Below are positions 45,071 to 53,658 of a stretch of 64,000 bases of DNA, in pieces. Numbering within the stretch: the stretch's first letter is position 1; every line of letters starts with the position of its first letter. Source of the stretch: an uncultured Verrucomicrobiae bacterium (lineage in GTDB: Bacteria; Verrucomicrobiota; Verrucomicrobiia; Limisphaerales; UBA11358); NCBI GenBank assembly GCA_963738245.1, contig CAVTWB010000012.1, positions 295,921-359,920 of the forward strand, read 5' to 3'. Made by a program: the position numbers and the translations under genes. The notes under the pieces were generated by a model. The model was not told the DNA's origin, made no database searches, and saw only the letters and a program-made list of their open reading frames with translations.

Positions 45071-45610
45071 TCAAATCTCGAAGTCGGTCAAATGCCCCTT
45101 CACCACTTCAAGGATGGCGTGGTAACATTCATCCACACTCTGGGCGATGGTGTTGATATAGTTTTCCCGTTCCGCCGGCCGCGGCACATCGAACGGATAG
45201 TTGATCAACTGCTGGATTTTTCCCTCCAGTGCGCGCTTGTAAATGCCTTTGGGGTCGCGCGCCATGCAGATGTCCAGCGGCGCATGAATGTAAAACCACA
45301 CCAGCTTCTCGCCCAGAATCTGCGCCACGAGGTCGCGCTGCTGGTGCTCCGGTGCCATCGTGGAAACCACCACGTTCAACCCCTGATTGGCGAGCAGCCG
45401 GGCGATTTCCGCGATGCGCCGATGGTTTTCCAGCCGCGCCTCCGGCTTGAAACCCAGGTCCGAACAGAGCGTCGAGCGCATCTCGTCGCCGTCGAGATAG
45501 ACCACGGGAATTTTCCGGTCCTGCAAACCGTCGCGCAGGCGCAGGGCCAGCGTGGTCTTGCCGGCACCGGAACGTCCAAACAGCCAGAAGACGCGCGTGA
45601 TGTTTTTCAT
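45071..45610 (-). CDS. cysC: adenylyl-sulfate (APS) kinase
   Basis: FWLFGRSGAGKTTLA P-loop, VVYLDGDEMR, and FKPEARLENHRRIAEIARLLANQG, typical of CysC. Confidence 0.85.
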   Translation of the reverse strand: MKNITRVFWLFGRSGAGKTTLALRLRDGLQDRKIPVVYLDGDEMRSTLCSDLGFKPEARLENHRRIAEIARLLANQGLNVVVSTMAPEHQQRDLVAQILGEKLVWFYIHAPLDICMARDPKGIYKRALEGKIQQLINYPFDVPRPAERENYINTIAQSVDECYHAILEVVKGHLTDFEI

Positions 45611-45689
45611 GGGTTCGAGACAAATTGGAAATTAAGCCGCAAGTTTAACGCCGGGAGTTTTTCAAACAAGGATTTTGCGACCTACGCAT

Positions 45690-45986
45690 TCAATCGCCGA
45701 ACAACTTGTTCATCCGCTCGCGCGCCGCCACTTCGCGGGAATTGACTTCGGATTTCGGCGTCCAATTGCGCCGGGCAAAGTCGAAAAATTCGCAAAAATT
45801 CCCGACGGCCTTTTCCAGCACCGGCTCGGCCCGGCGCTCGCGGCATTGCTGCGCTACACGCGGATCGTAGCTGGCGCAGTTCAGGCAGACGCGCAGGTCC
45901 GCGCGGCATTTCATGCAGACCTCGCCGCGCCCCGGCTGGCCGTCGAGCGTCCAGGGTTCGCCGCAGTTGTGGCAATGGCGCGTCAT
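45690..45986 (-). CDS. small zinc-ribbon protein
   Basis: CHNC..CMKC..CLNC Cys pairs. Confidence 0.5.
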   Translation of the reverse strand: MTRHCHNCGEPWTLDGQPGRGEVCMKCRADLRVCLNCASYDPRVAQQCRERRAEPVLEKAVGNFCEFFDFARRNWTPKSEVNSREVAARERMNKLFGD

Positions 45987-45990
45987 GAAT

Positions 45991-46509
45991 TTATGAAGTG
46001 CGAAAGGCGAACTGGGAAATTTCCGCGACGAACTGCTCCGGTTTTTCCGGCGAGATGACGAAGGTGTGTTTCGGAAACCGCAGAACGACTGTTTTGGTCA
46101 GGTCGGTGACGAACGCGCGATAATTGCCCAGCGCGCGGTTGCGATACAGGCCGGTGATCGAAAACATCCCGCCGTTGCCAAACAACCGGACGCTCCCGCG
46201 CATCGCGTTCGGCGACAGCTCGGCGGATTGCAAGCCGGACAGCGGCAGCCGCGTCGTCCACAGCAGCCGCCGGATGGCCAGCACATTGGGTTCAATAGCG
46301 TAGCTGCGGATGGCAAACAGCGCCGCGACCGGCAGGATCAGCAGCGGCAGCGCCGGCAGCCAGCGCAGGTTTTCGGATTTGATTTTCAAACTCAAGGGAA
46401 TCACCGCCGCCAGAATGATGACGCAACTGAACCCCGACATCCAGCGGAGCGTTTTTCCCCACGGCGCGTTGAAGGTGCTAAAGTTCATCATCCGCCTCCG
46501 TTTTCCCAA
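45991..46509 (-). CDS. membrane protein with bacterial PH-like domain
   Basis: Two N-terminal TM helices, then RLFGNGGMFSITGLYRNRALGNYRAFVTDLTKTVVL. Confidence 0.5.
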   Translation of the reverse strand: MGKRRRMMNFSTFNAPWGKTLRWMSGFSCVIILAAVIPLSLKIKSENLRWLPALPLLILPVAALFAIRSYAIEPNVLAIRRLLWTTRLPLSGLQSAELSPNAMRGSVRLFGNGGMFSITGLYRNRALGNYRAFVTDLTKTVVLRFPKHTFVISPEKPEQFVAEISQFAFRTS

Positions 46510-46594
46510 AAATGCGGATGTTTGTCGAGCGGGTTTGCCGGTGAGCCGGCTTGCGTTGCGGACTTCTAATATCTTAAATTCTCACGACTCATAA

Positions 46595-47851
46595 ATGAAA
46601 TCCAGCGAATCCGCCCTGCGCGAAATCCTCAAGCCCGCCGTCATCGTCGGCGCGCTCGGCTATTTCGTGGATGTTTATGATTTGATACTGTTCGCCATCG
46701 TGCGCGGCGCGAGCCTGAAAGACCTCGGCTTTTCCGGCGACCAGATTTTGGAGCGCGGCATTTTTCTGTTCAATTGCCAGATGGCCGGAATGCTCGTCGG
46801 CGGAATCGCCTTCGGCATTCTCGGCGACCGGCTGGGCCGCGTCGTTTTGCTGTTCGGCTCCATCCTGCTTTATTCCGTCGCCAACCTCGCCAACGGCTTC
46901 GTCCATTCCGTCGAGGCTTACGCCGTCTGGCGGTTCATCGCCGGCTTCGGGCTCGCCGGCGAACTCGGCGGCGGCATCACGCTCGTGTCCGAAATTCTTT
47001 CCACGGAAGCGCGCGGCTACGGCACGATGATTGTCGCCACGGTCGGCGTTTTTGGCGCGGTGGTCGGCGGGCTCGTTGCCGGCCTGGTTCACTGGCGCAC
47101 GGCTTATTTCATCGGCGGCGGACTGGGACTGGTTCTTTTGATTTTGCGGATGAGCGTCGCCGAATCCGGCATGTTCAAACAACTGCGAGCCGGCCCGGCG
47201 CAAATCGCGCGCGGAAATTTTTTGTCGCTGTTCACCGACTGGAACCGCTTTGCGAAATATCTCCGCTGCATCCTCATCGGCGTGCCGTTGTGGTTTGTCA
47301 TCGGCATCCTCGTCACCTTCTCGCCGGAAATCTCGAAAGCCCTGCAAATCCAGGGCGCCGTTGACGCCGCCCACGCCGTCGCTTTTGCCTATCTCGGCAT
47401 CACGTTCGGCGGATTTGCCAGCGGCTTCTTCAGCCAGCAACTGCGTTCGCGCAAAAAAATCGTCTTCGCGTTCATCCTGTTCACGCTGGCGGCGATGGCC
47501 GCGTATTTTTTCTGCGCCGGATTTTCCGCCGCGACATTTTATCTCGTCATCAACCTTCTCGGCTTCGGCGTCGGCTACTGGGCGGTGTTTGTGACCATCG
47601 CCGCCGAGCAGTTCGGCACGAACATCCGCGCGACCGTGGCGACCACGGTGCCGAATTTCATCCGCGGCTCCGTCGTGCCGCTCACGCTCGCATTCAATTT
47701 TTTGAAATCTTATAAAATCGGCGGCACGCCCATCGGCGTCGTGGTCAGCGCCGCCATCGTCGGGACGGCCTGCATTTTGATCGCGCTCTGGGCGCTGCGC
47801 GGCCTCGACGAAACGTATGGCAAAGACCTCGACTACACCGAGCCGGTCTGA
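46595..47851 (+). CDS. MFS transporter
   Basis: 418 aa, 12 predicted TM helices. GILGDRLGR loop motif. Confidence 0.8.
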   Translation: MKSSESALREILKPAVIVGALGYFVDVYDLILFAIVRGASLKDLGFSGDQILERGIFLFNCQMAGMLVGGIAFGILGDRLGRVVLLFGSILLYSVANLANGFVHSVEAYAVWRFIAGFGLAGELGGGITLVSEILSTEARGYGTMIVATVGVFGAVVGGLVAGLVHWRTAYFIGGGLGLVLLILRMSVAESGMFKQLRAGPAQIARGNFLSLFTDWNRFAKYLRCILIGVPLWFVIGILVTFSPEISKALQIQGAVDAAHAVAFAYLGITFGGFASGFFSQQLRSRKKIVFAFILFTLAAMAAYFFCAGFSAATFYLVINLLGFGVGYWAVFVTIAAEQFGTNIRATVATTVPNFIRGSVVPLTLAFNFLKSYKIGGTPIGVVVSAAIVGTACILIALWALRGLDETYGKDLDYTEPV

Positions 47852-47904
47852 AGCATTGAAGAAAAGTTTGTTTTCAAACCGGACACTGTGGATAATTTTG
47901 CCCG

Positions 47905-48834
47905 ATGACGCCGCCCAAAAAGCCAAAACTGTTCACCATCGGGCTTCGGTGCGGGCGGCTCGCGAACCGCACCATTTTGTTCGCCAATTTCATCGCCCTC
48001 GCGGAGGAACAGGGCCATCGCCTCGTCAATTTCACCTTTCATTCCTACTCCGAATTTTTTGAAGGCACGCGCGGCAACATTTACTGCCGCTATCCGCGTC
48101 CGAAACGCCGGAGCTGGATGGATGTCGTTCCCGGCGTCGCCGCTGCGCTCCGCAAGACGCGGATTCCCTATCACCTGACCCGCGCCATCAGCACGTTGAA
48201 CCGGCGCTTCCCGGTCTTCGGCAACGCCGCCATCACGTTAGGCGAATTGCCGGGAACAAAAATCACCCTACTGGACGGCCCGGAATACCAGGAGAAAATC
48301 CGCCCGGCCAAAATTATTTTTGTCTATGGCTGGTGGCTGCGCACGCCGAGCCTGGTGAAAAAGCACGCCGACAAAATCCGCGCCTATTTCCGGCCGGTTG
48401 AAAAATTTGAAGCCGCCAGCCGCGCCGCGATTGACTCGCTGCGGCGCGAAGCGGACGTCGTCATCGGCGTCCACATCCGGCAGGGCGATTATCGCGGCTG
48501 GTTCGACGGCAAATATTTTTTCCCGATTGCGCGCTACGCCGCGTGGATGCACGAACTGGCCGCGCAATTTCCCGGCCGCCGCGTCGCCTTTTTCGTTTGC
48601 AGCGACGAGCCGCGCAGCCTCGGCGAATTTCCCGGACTGATTGTCGGGCTGGGTGCCGGTTCGCCCATGAGCGACATTTACGCGCTGGCCCGCTGCGACT
48701 ATATTCTCGGCACGAAAAGCACCTTTTCGCAATGGCCATCGTTTTATGGCGAAAAGCCGCTGCTGCAAGTCTGCGGCACCGACGAGCCGGCAAAGCTGGA
48801 AAATTTCCGCGTCTCGTATCTGGATTGGGATTGA
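47905..48834 (+). CDS. putative glycosyltransferase, GT11 (alpha-1,2-fucosyltransferase)-like
   Basis: GRLANRTILFANFIA (compare GGLGNQMFQYA), HIRQGDY (compare HVRRGDY), CDYILGTKSTFSQWPSF (compare SNSTFSWWAA). Motif-level resemblance only. Confidence 0.45.
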   Translation: MTPPKKPKLFTIGLRCGRLANRTILFANFIALAEEQGHRLVNFTFHSYSEFFEGTRGNIYCRYPRPKRRSWMDVVPGVAAALRKTRIPYHLTRAISTLNRRFPVFGNAAITLGELPGTKITLLDGPEYQEKIRPAKIIFVYGWWLRTPSLVKKHADKIRAYFRPVEKFEAASRAAIDSLRREADVVIGVHIRQGDYRGWFDGKYFFPIARYAAWMHELAAQFPGRRVAFFVCSDEPRSLGEFPGLIVGLGAGSPMSDIYALARCDYILGTKSTFSQWPSFYGEKPLLQVCGTDEPAKLENFRVSYLDWD

Positions 48835-48836
48835 AA

Positions 48837-49409
48837 ATGAAACTTGGATTATTTGGCGGCTCGTTCGACCCGGTTCACCTCGGGCACCTGCTCGTCGCGC
48901 AGGCGGCGGTCGAGGAACTGGGCCTGGACAAACTTTTTTTTATTCCGGCGGCGCAATCACCGTTCAAGCCGGAGAACCAGCCCGCGCCCGCCGGCGTCCG
49001 GCTGCAACTGCTCCGGCTCGCGCTCGCGGGCAGGACGAATTGCGACATTGACGAACAGGAGATCCGGCGCGGCGGCATTTCCTACACGGTGGACACGCTG
49101 CACGATTACGCGAAAAAGTTTCCGGCAGCGAAAATTTTTTATCTCCTCGGTGCCGACAACGTGGCGAAGCTGAACGAATGGCGCGAACCGGCGGAGCTGG
49201 CGCAGCGCGCGGAATTCATCGCGATTCCACGACCGGGCGGTGCGCCAGCGGTATTCCCGCCAATGTTTCGCGGCCGGACGCTGAAAGGTTTTCCGTTCGA
49301 CGTGTCGTCCTCGCAAATCCGAACGCGGATCAAGGCCGGCCTGCCGGTGGAAAACCTGCTGCCGCCTTTCGTGGCTGAGGCGATTCACGCGGCAAAACTT
49401 TACACCTGA
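48837..49409 (+). CDS. nadD: nicotinate-nucleotide adenylyltransferase
   Basis: MKLGLFGGSFDPVHLGHL (HxGH), ISYTVDTL, YLLGADN. Start trimmed within track ORF 48543..49409. Confidence 0.85.
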   Translation: MKLGLFGGSFDPVHLGHLLVAQAAVEELGLDKLFFIPAAQSPFKPENQPAPAGVRLQLLRLALAGRTNCDIDEQEIRRGGISYTVDTLHDYAKKFPAAKIFYLLGADNVAKLNEWREPAELAQRAEFIAIPRPGGAPAVFPPMFRGRTLKGFPFDVSSSQIRTRIKAGLPVENLLPPFVAEAIHAAKLYT

Positions 49410-49557
49410 TTTTTGACACGGGTTTCACGGATTTTCACGATTGCTGATGGGACAAGATTGAACAATTAAATCCGTGCCAATCTGTGCAATCCGTGTCTAC
49501 CCCAAATTTTATTCGTGTTCCTTCGTGTCCATTCGTGGTTAAATTCTCCCCGCAACT

Positions 49558-49971
49558 ATGGATTCTAAAAAACTGGCCGGGCTATGCCGCGATTACGCGG
49601 ACAACAAAAAGGCGGAAAACATCGTCATCCTCGACGTGCGCGATTTGTCGTCCGTGACGGATTATTTTGTGATCGCGTCCGGCTCAAGCGAGCCGCACCT
49701 GCGCGCCATCGTGGGCGAAATCGCCGACGGCCTGCGCGAGGAGCACGACCTGCGCCCGACGCGCACGGACGGCTCGTTGCAGGGCGCATGGGTGGTGCTG
49801 GATTTTTTCGACGTGATCGTCCACGTCATGCGCACCGACGCGCGCGAACGCTACGATCTGGAAGGTTTGTGGGGCGATGCGGCGCGCGTGAAGGCGAAGA
49901 GCAAACCTGCCAAGATAAAATTAACCAACCGTCAGGCATCGAAGAAGCGAATCAGAAAAGCGAGAAAATAA
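49558..49971 (+). CDS. rsfS: ribosome silencing factor
   Basis: ENIVILDVRDLSSVTDYFVIASGSSEPHLRAI .. WVVLDFFDVIVHVM. Classic nadD-rsfS arrangement. Confidence 0.85.
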   Translation: MDSKKLAGLCRDYADNKKAENIVILDVRDLSSVTDYFVIASGSSEPHLRAIVGEIADGLREEHDLRPTRTDGSLQGAWVVLDFFDVIVHVMRTDARERYDLEGLWGDAARVKAKSKPAKIKLTNRQASKKRIRKARK

Positions 49972-49992
49972 GAATTTTAGTCGATTATAAAA

Positions 49993-50238
49993 ATGATTAC
50001 CAAGACCAAGAAACGCGTGATTGTAATTGTTTTTATTGGGATTTTGTCACTTCTCGTTATTTATCTATGTCGAACGAACCGGCAATCTTCATCCGCTGAA
50101 GCAGCTATCCATAACATAAAGATGCTTGAAAACGCATTGGCAAATAATGGCGCGGTCAGAGTGAGCAATACATGGGAAATGCCAGAAAAGACAAACGTTC
50201 CTAAATCGGTTCTTGGAACTGATCTTATTTTAAATTAA
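49993..50238 (+). CDS. small low-GC ORF with N-terminal TM helix (hypothetical)
   Basis: VIVIVFIGILSLLVIYL anchor. Composition differs from the neighbours. No motif. Confidence 0.35.
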   Translation: MITKTKKRVIVIVFIGILSLLVIYLCRTNRQSSSAEAAIHNIKMLENALANNGAVRVSNTWEMPEKTNVPKSVLGTDLILN

Positions 50239-50278
50239 GGCACCCCCGTCAGTAACCGCGACCTGTCGTTCTTAAAAC

Positions 50279-51598
50279 TTACAAAATATTCGCCGCGAGT
50301 TCCGCGAGTTCCGAGCGTTCACCCTTTTGCAGTTCAATGTGCGCGGCAATGGCCTGGTCGCGGAAACGGCTGACGATATAATTAAAACCGTTCGAGGACG
50401 AGTCCACGTAGGGATTGTCAATCTGATACGGGTCGCCGGTGAAGATTATCTTCGTGCCCGCGCCGACACGCGTGATGATGGTCTTGGCCTCGAGCGGCGT
50501 CAGGTTTTGCGCCTCGTCAATGACCATGAACTGGTTCGCGATGCTGCGGCCGCGGATGTAGCTCAACGCCTCCACCACGATGCTGCCGGAGCGCATCAAG
50601 TCGCCGCTGCGGCGATGATCGTGGCCCATGTTCAGGTCGCTCAACATTTCGAGCGCGTCGTGAATCGGCTGCATCCACGGCGCGAGTTTCTCCTCGAGCG
50701 AGCCGGGCAGAAAACCGAGTTCCTTGCCCATGGAAATGGTCGGGCGCGCGACGACTAGCCGGCGGAATTCGCGGTCAAGCACTGTGCGCTTCAGGCCTGC
50801 GGCCATCGCCATCAAAGTTTTTCCCGTGCCGGCCTTGCCCATGAGCGTGACGAGCTTAATGCGGTCGTCGAGCAGCGCGTCGAAGGCGTAATGCTGCTCC
50901 CGGTTGCGCGGCTTGATGCCCCAGATGCCTTCGCGACAGTCGATGATGGGCACGAGCTTCGTGCCGGTCGCATCCACTTTCGTGAGCGCGGCTTTTTTGG
51001 GATTCGCCTCGTCAATGAGCGTGCAGAATTCGTTCGGGAAATATTTCTTGCCGCCGTTGATCTCTAGTTCGCCGTTGGCACGGAACGTCGCCATTTTTTC
51101 CGGGCTGACGGACATTTCGATCATGCCTGTGTAAAGATCCTGGATGAGCACGCGGTCGTTCTCGTAATCCTCAGCCTGCAAGCCGAGCGCGTCGGCCTTG
51201 ATGCGCAAATTAATATCTTTGGAAACGAGAATGGTCGGATTTTTCGGCTGCGCCTTCTGGATGCTGGCGGCGAACGCGAGGATGCGGTTGTCCACGCTGT
51301 TGCTGTTCAGGATGTGGCTGTCGCCGTTCGCCGGGCCGTGGCCGTTTTTGAGAAACGCGATTTTCAGCTTGCCGCCATTGGGCAGATTCACGCCCTCGCT
51401 CAAGCTGCCTTCGCCGCGAAAGCCGTCGAGCATCCGCGAAACCTGCCGCGCGTTCTGGCCCAGCTCGGAGGATTCGCGCTTGAAGCGGTCAATCTCCTCG
51501 ATGACCTCGATGGGAATCAGGACATTGTTGTCGGCGAAGTTGAGGAGCGCGTTTGGATCGTGGAGGACAACGTTGGTGTCGAGAATGTAATTTTTCAC
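50279..51598 (-). CDS. PIN-domain + PhoH-like ATPase (YlaK type)
   Basis: N-terminal YILDTNVVLHDP (PIN). GKAGTGKT Walker A, VIDEAQN Walker B. GTG at 51598 preferred over the track start 51667. Confidence 0.85.
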   Translation of the reverse strand: MKNYILDTNVVLHDPNALLNFADNNVLIPIEVIEEIDRFKRESSELGQNARQVSRMLDGFRGEGSLSEGVNLPNGGKLKIAFLKNGHGPANGDSHILNSNSVDNRILAFAASIQKAQPKNPTILVSKDINLRIKADALGLQAEDYENDRVLIQDLYTGMIEMSVSPEKMATFRANGELEINGGKKYFPNEFCTLIDEANPKKAALTKVDATGTKLVPIIDCREGIWGIKPRNREQHYAFDALLDDRIKLVTLMGKAGTGKTLMAMAAGLKRTVLDREFRRLVVARPTISMGKELGFLPGSLEEKLAPWMQPIHDALEMLSDLNMGHDHRRSGDLMRSGSIVVEALSYIRGRSIANQFMVIDEAQNLTPLEAKTIITRVGAGTKIIFTGDPYQIDNPYVDSSSNGFNYIVSRFRDQAIAAHIELQKGERSELAELAANIL

Positions 51599-51674
51599 TG
51601 AGGTGTAATAAAAACTTTTTTCAGCAAAGCAAAGCGAGGTTGCAGGCCGGCGGCGTTTGGGTGACAAACTGGTT

Positions 51675-52340
51675 TCATTTCAGGTGCTTCAATTTGATGC
51701 GGGACATGTGCTGATGCCATTGCTGGATCTGTTTGTGGCGCGCGGGCAGTTTATAATGGCCGGAGTAGAGAAAATTTTCGAGCATGCCGAACAGGTCGAA
51801 GTCCACGAAACGCGGCTGGCCGTCCAATAAAAATGCCTGGTGCGTCAGGATGATTTCAAACGGAATCAGCCGTTCCTCGAGCTTTTTGAGCCAGAGTTTT
51901 TGTTCCTTGCGCCATTGGTCAATGCAGCCGCGGCCGAACTTGCGCTCCTTGAACCGCAGGAACTGCAACTGGTCCGCCGCCGGAACATTTTCCCGCCAGT
52001 AAATGTCGTTGAGCCGGAACGTGGCGCCTTCGATTTCGTTTTCGATGAATTTCCAGAGGACGGATTGCACGCCGCGCCATTGCGCCGGGAACAGGCCGAG
52101 TTCCAGTTTCCCGTCGAGATATTTGGCGACAACCTGCGAGTCTTCGTTAATTTCAAAAATCACGTTTTTACCGTCACGCACAATTGGCACGCCGTAATAA
52201 CGCTGCCGGGTGAGCTTCCAGACCAGCGAACGGTCCTGGTTGGCAATGTTGGTGATTTTGAAGGGCGTGCCAGAAAATTCCAAGATTCGCCGTTGCACCA
52301 GGCAGAACGGACTCCACGGAAATTGAATCAATTCGATCAT
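51675..52340 (-). CDS. glutathione S-transferase-like / thioredoxin-fold protein
   Basis: IELIQFPWSPFCLVQRRILEF..YYGVPIVRDG N-terminal GST/Grx-like fold. Confidence 0.55.
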   Translation of the reverse strand: MIELIQFPWSPFCLVQRRILEFSGTPFKITNIANQDRSLVWKLTRQRYYGVPIVRDGKNVIFEINEDSQVVAKYLDGKLELGLFPAQWRGVQSVLWKFIENEIEGATFRLNDIYWRENVPAADQLQFLRFKERKFGRGCIDQWRKEQKLWLKKLEERLIPFEIILTHQAFLLDGQPRFVDFDLFGMLENFLYSGHYKLPARHKQIQQWHQHMSRIKLKHLK

Positions 52341-52443
52341 GTCAAATTTATCTCACGGCGAACAAACGCACTTTAGGACTCATCCCGCACGCTGACAAGC
52401 GGAAAGCGGCACCGGCACGGTGGAACGGCCTGAGTGAAGTCGC

Positions 52444-52750
52444 GTGCCGGATGGGGCAAGAGAATTGGGATTGCCGGGCATTACAACGGAAAAGGAGTTC
52501 TTGAACTTGTGCCAGAACATTCTCCGACGAACCAATGAGCAATTGACTCCCCGGCTGAATTCAAAACGTGTCAGTGTGGATAAAGATGGGAACGTGCATG
52601 AATCTGCCAATCGCCGGGTGTTTTACGATTTCACGTTGTCACCGCCCAAATCAGTTTCCATTGCGGCACTGGTTGAGAATGACCGGCGGATCATCGAGGT
52701 GCATGATGGGGCGGTCCAGGTGCCCAACTTCGTGCAGGCCGTATCAATCG
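52444..52750 (+). pseudogene. N-terminal fragment of a MobF/TrwC-type conjugative relaxase
   Basis: ARELGLPGITTEKEFLNL .. RVFYDFTLSPPKSVSIAAL..DRRIIEVHDGAV matches the relaxase block (LGL.G.V, D.TFS.PKSVS, H..AV). A stop lies immediately upstream and there is no downstream domain. Confidence 0.6.
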
Positions 52751-52975
52751 CACCCTGGCACTCGTGAACCAACATGACTGGCTGGCTTAAAAATTCCGTT
52801 TCACCACGCTCTGTTTGCAGCCGCTTCAACAACCGGCGCATGGTGGGAATCATGGGGACGCGGCGAATTTGCCAATTCTTCGTTCCGGTGGCCGGGTCGC
52901 CCAATACGGTAATTTTACTTTTTTCAAAATCGCAGTCCCGACCATTGACGCTTGCGGCTTCACCTTTTCGGCATC
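52722..52975 (-). pseudogene. internal fragment of a tyrosine recombinase/integrase
   Basis: Own translation: RDCDFEKSKITVLGDPATGTKNWQIRRVPMIPTMRRLLKRLQTERGE..VHECQGAIDTACTKLG. Lacks the N-terminal domain and the HxxR..Y end. The junction with the relaxase fragment is fuzzy. Confidence 0.5.
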
Positions 52976-53658
52976 CGCTTTATGCCAAAAATCCCACCAG
53001 ATCGGCGCAATGTCCCGCTCACCGCTGCGCACCCGACCAGTAACGGCATCACTAACCCGATGCCCCAAAAAGCTTCCAGAGCGGATTTCAAATCGCGGGA
53101 ATTTTCCAGATCGTAGAATTTTCGCACAGCAATGACTCCCAGGTGCAGCTCGACCAGCACGAAAGCGATGACAAATTGTGATTGGTGCAGCTGAATTTCC
53201 TTCCAATAAAGTGCGGCGCGTGGACGCCACATCGGCTGCCGGCCTGACACGGATTTCAGCCACCCCAATCCGTGCATTTCAGGCATGACAATGGCGCCCC
53301 CTGACCATTGTAAATCCTGGGCCCGCAGAAACAACCAGCGGGCGAAGAAAAATCCAACGAGACTGTAAATGCCCAGGGCGCTCGCAGTCATGCCGGAGAC
53401 AAAGTCGTCAGAGCGACCCCCAAATATGGCGACAATAATCACCATAATCACGCCCGGCACAAGCAGTGTAAACCAAAACGCTGCGGCCACCTGTCGGAGC
53501 AGCAGCACGGTCCACAGCGCACCGGAAAAAACCACCAATCCAAACGTGCCATGGGCAGTTCCGCTAAGGGATAATTTGGACGCGATAAAATCTTTCTGGA
53601 TCAGTAAAGTTGTTTGTGCTTTGGGTTGTGGATCCGGAAGCAGTAATGACACCACCAA
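52960..53658 (-). CDS. hypothetical multi-TM membrane protein, possibly truncated
   Basis: About 5 hydrophobic helices. The first 32 codons overlap the 3' end of the GH13 gene, and the 3' end abuts the integrase debris. Confidence 0.35.
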   Translation of the reverse strand: MVVSLLLPDPQPKAQTTLLIQKDFIASKLSLSGTAHGTFGLVVFSGALWTVLLLRQVAAAFWFTLLVPGVIMVIIVAIFGGRSDDFVSGMTASALGIYSLVGFFFARWLFLRAQDLQWSGGAIVMPEMHGLGWLKSVSGRQPMWRPRAALYWKEIQLHQSQFVIAFVLVELHLGVIAVRKFYDLENSRDLKSALEAFWGIGLVMPLLVGCAAVSGTLRRSGGIFGIKRMPKR

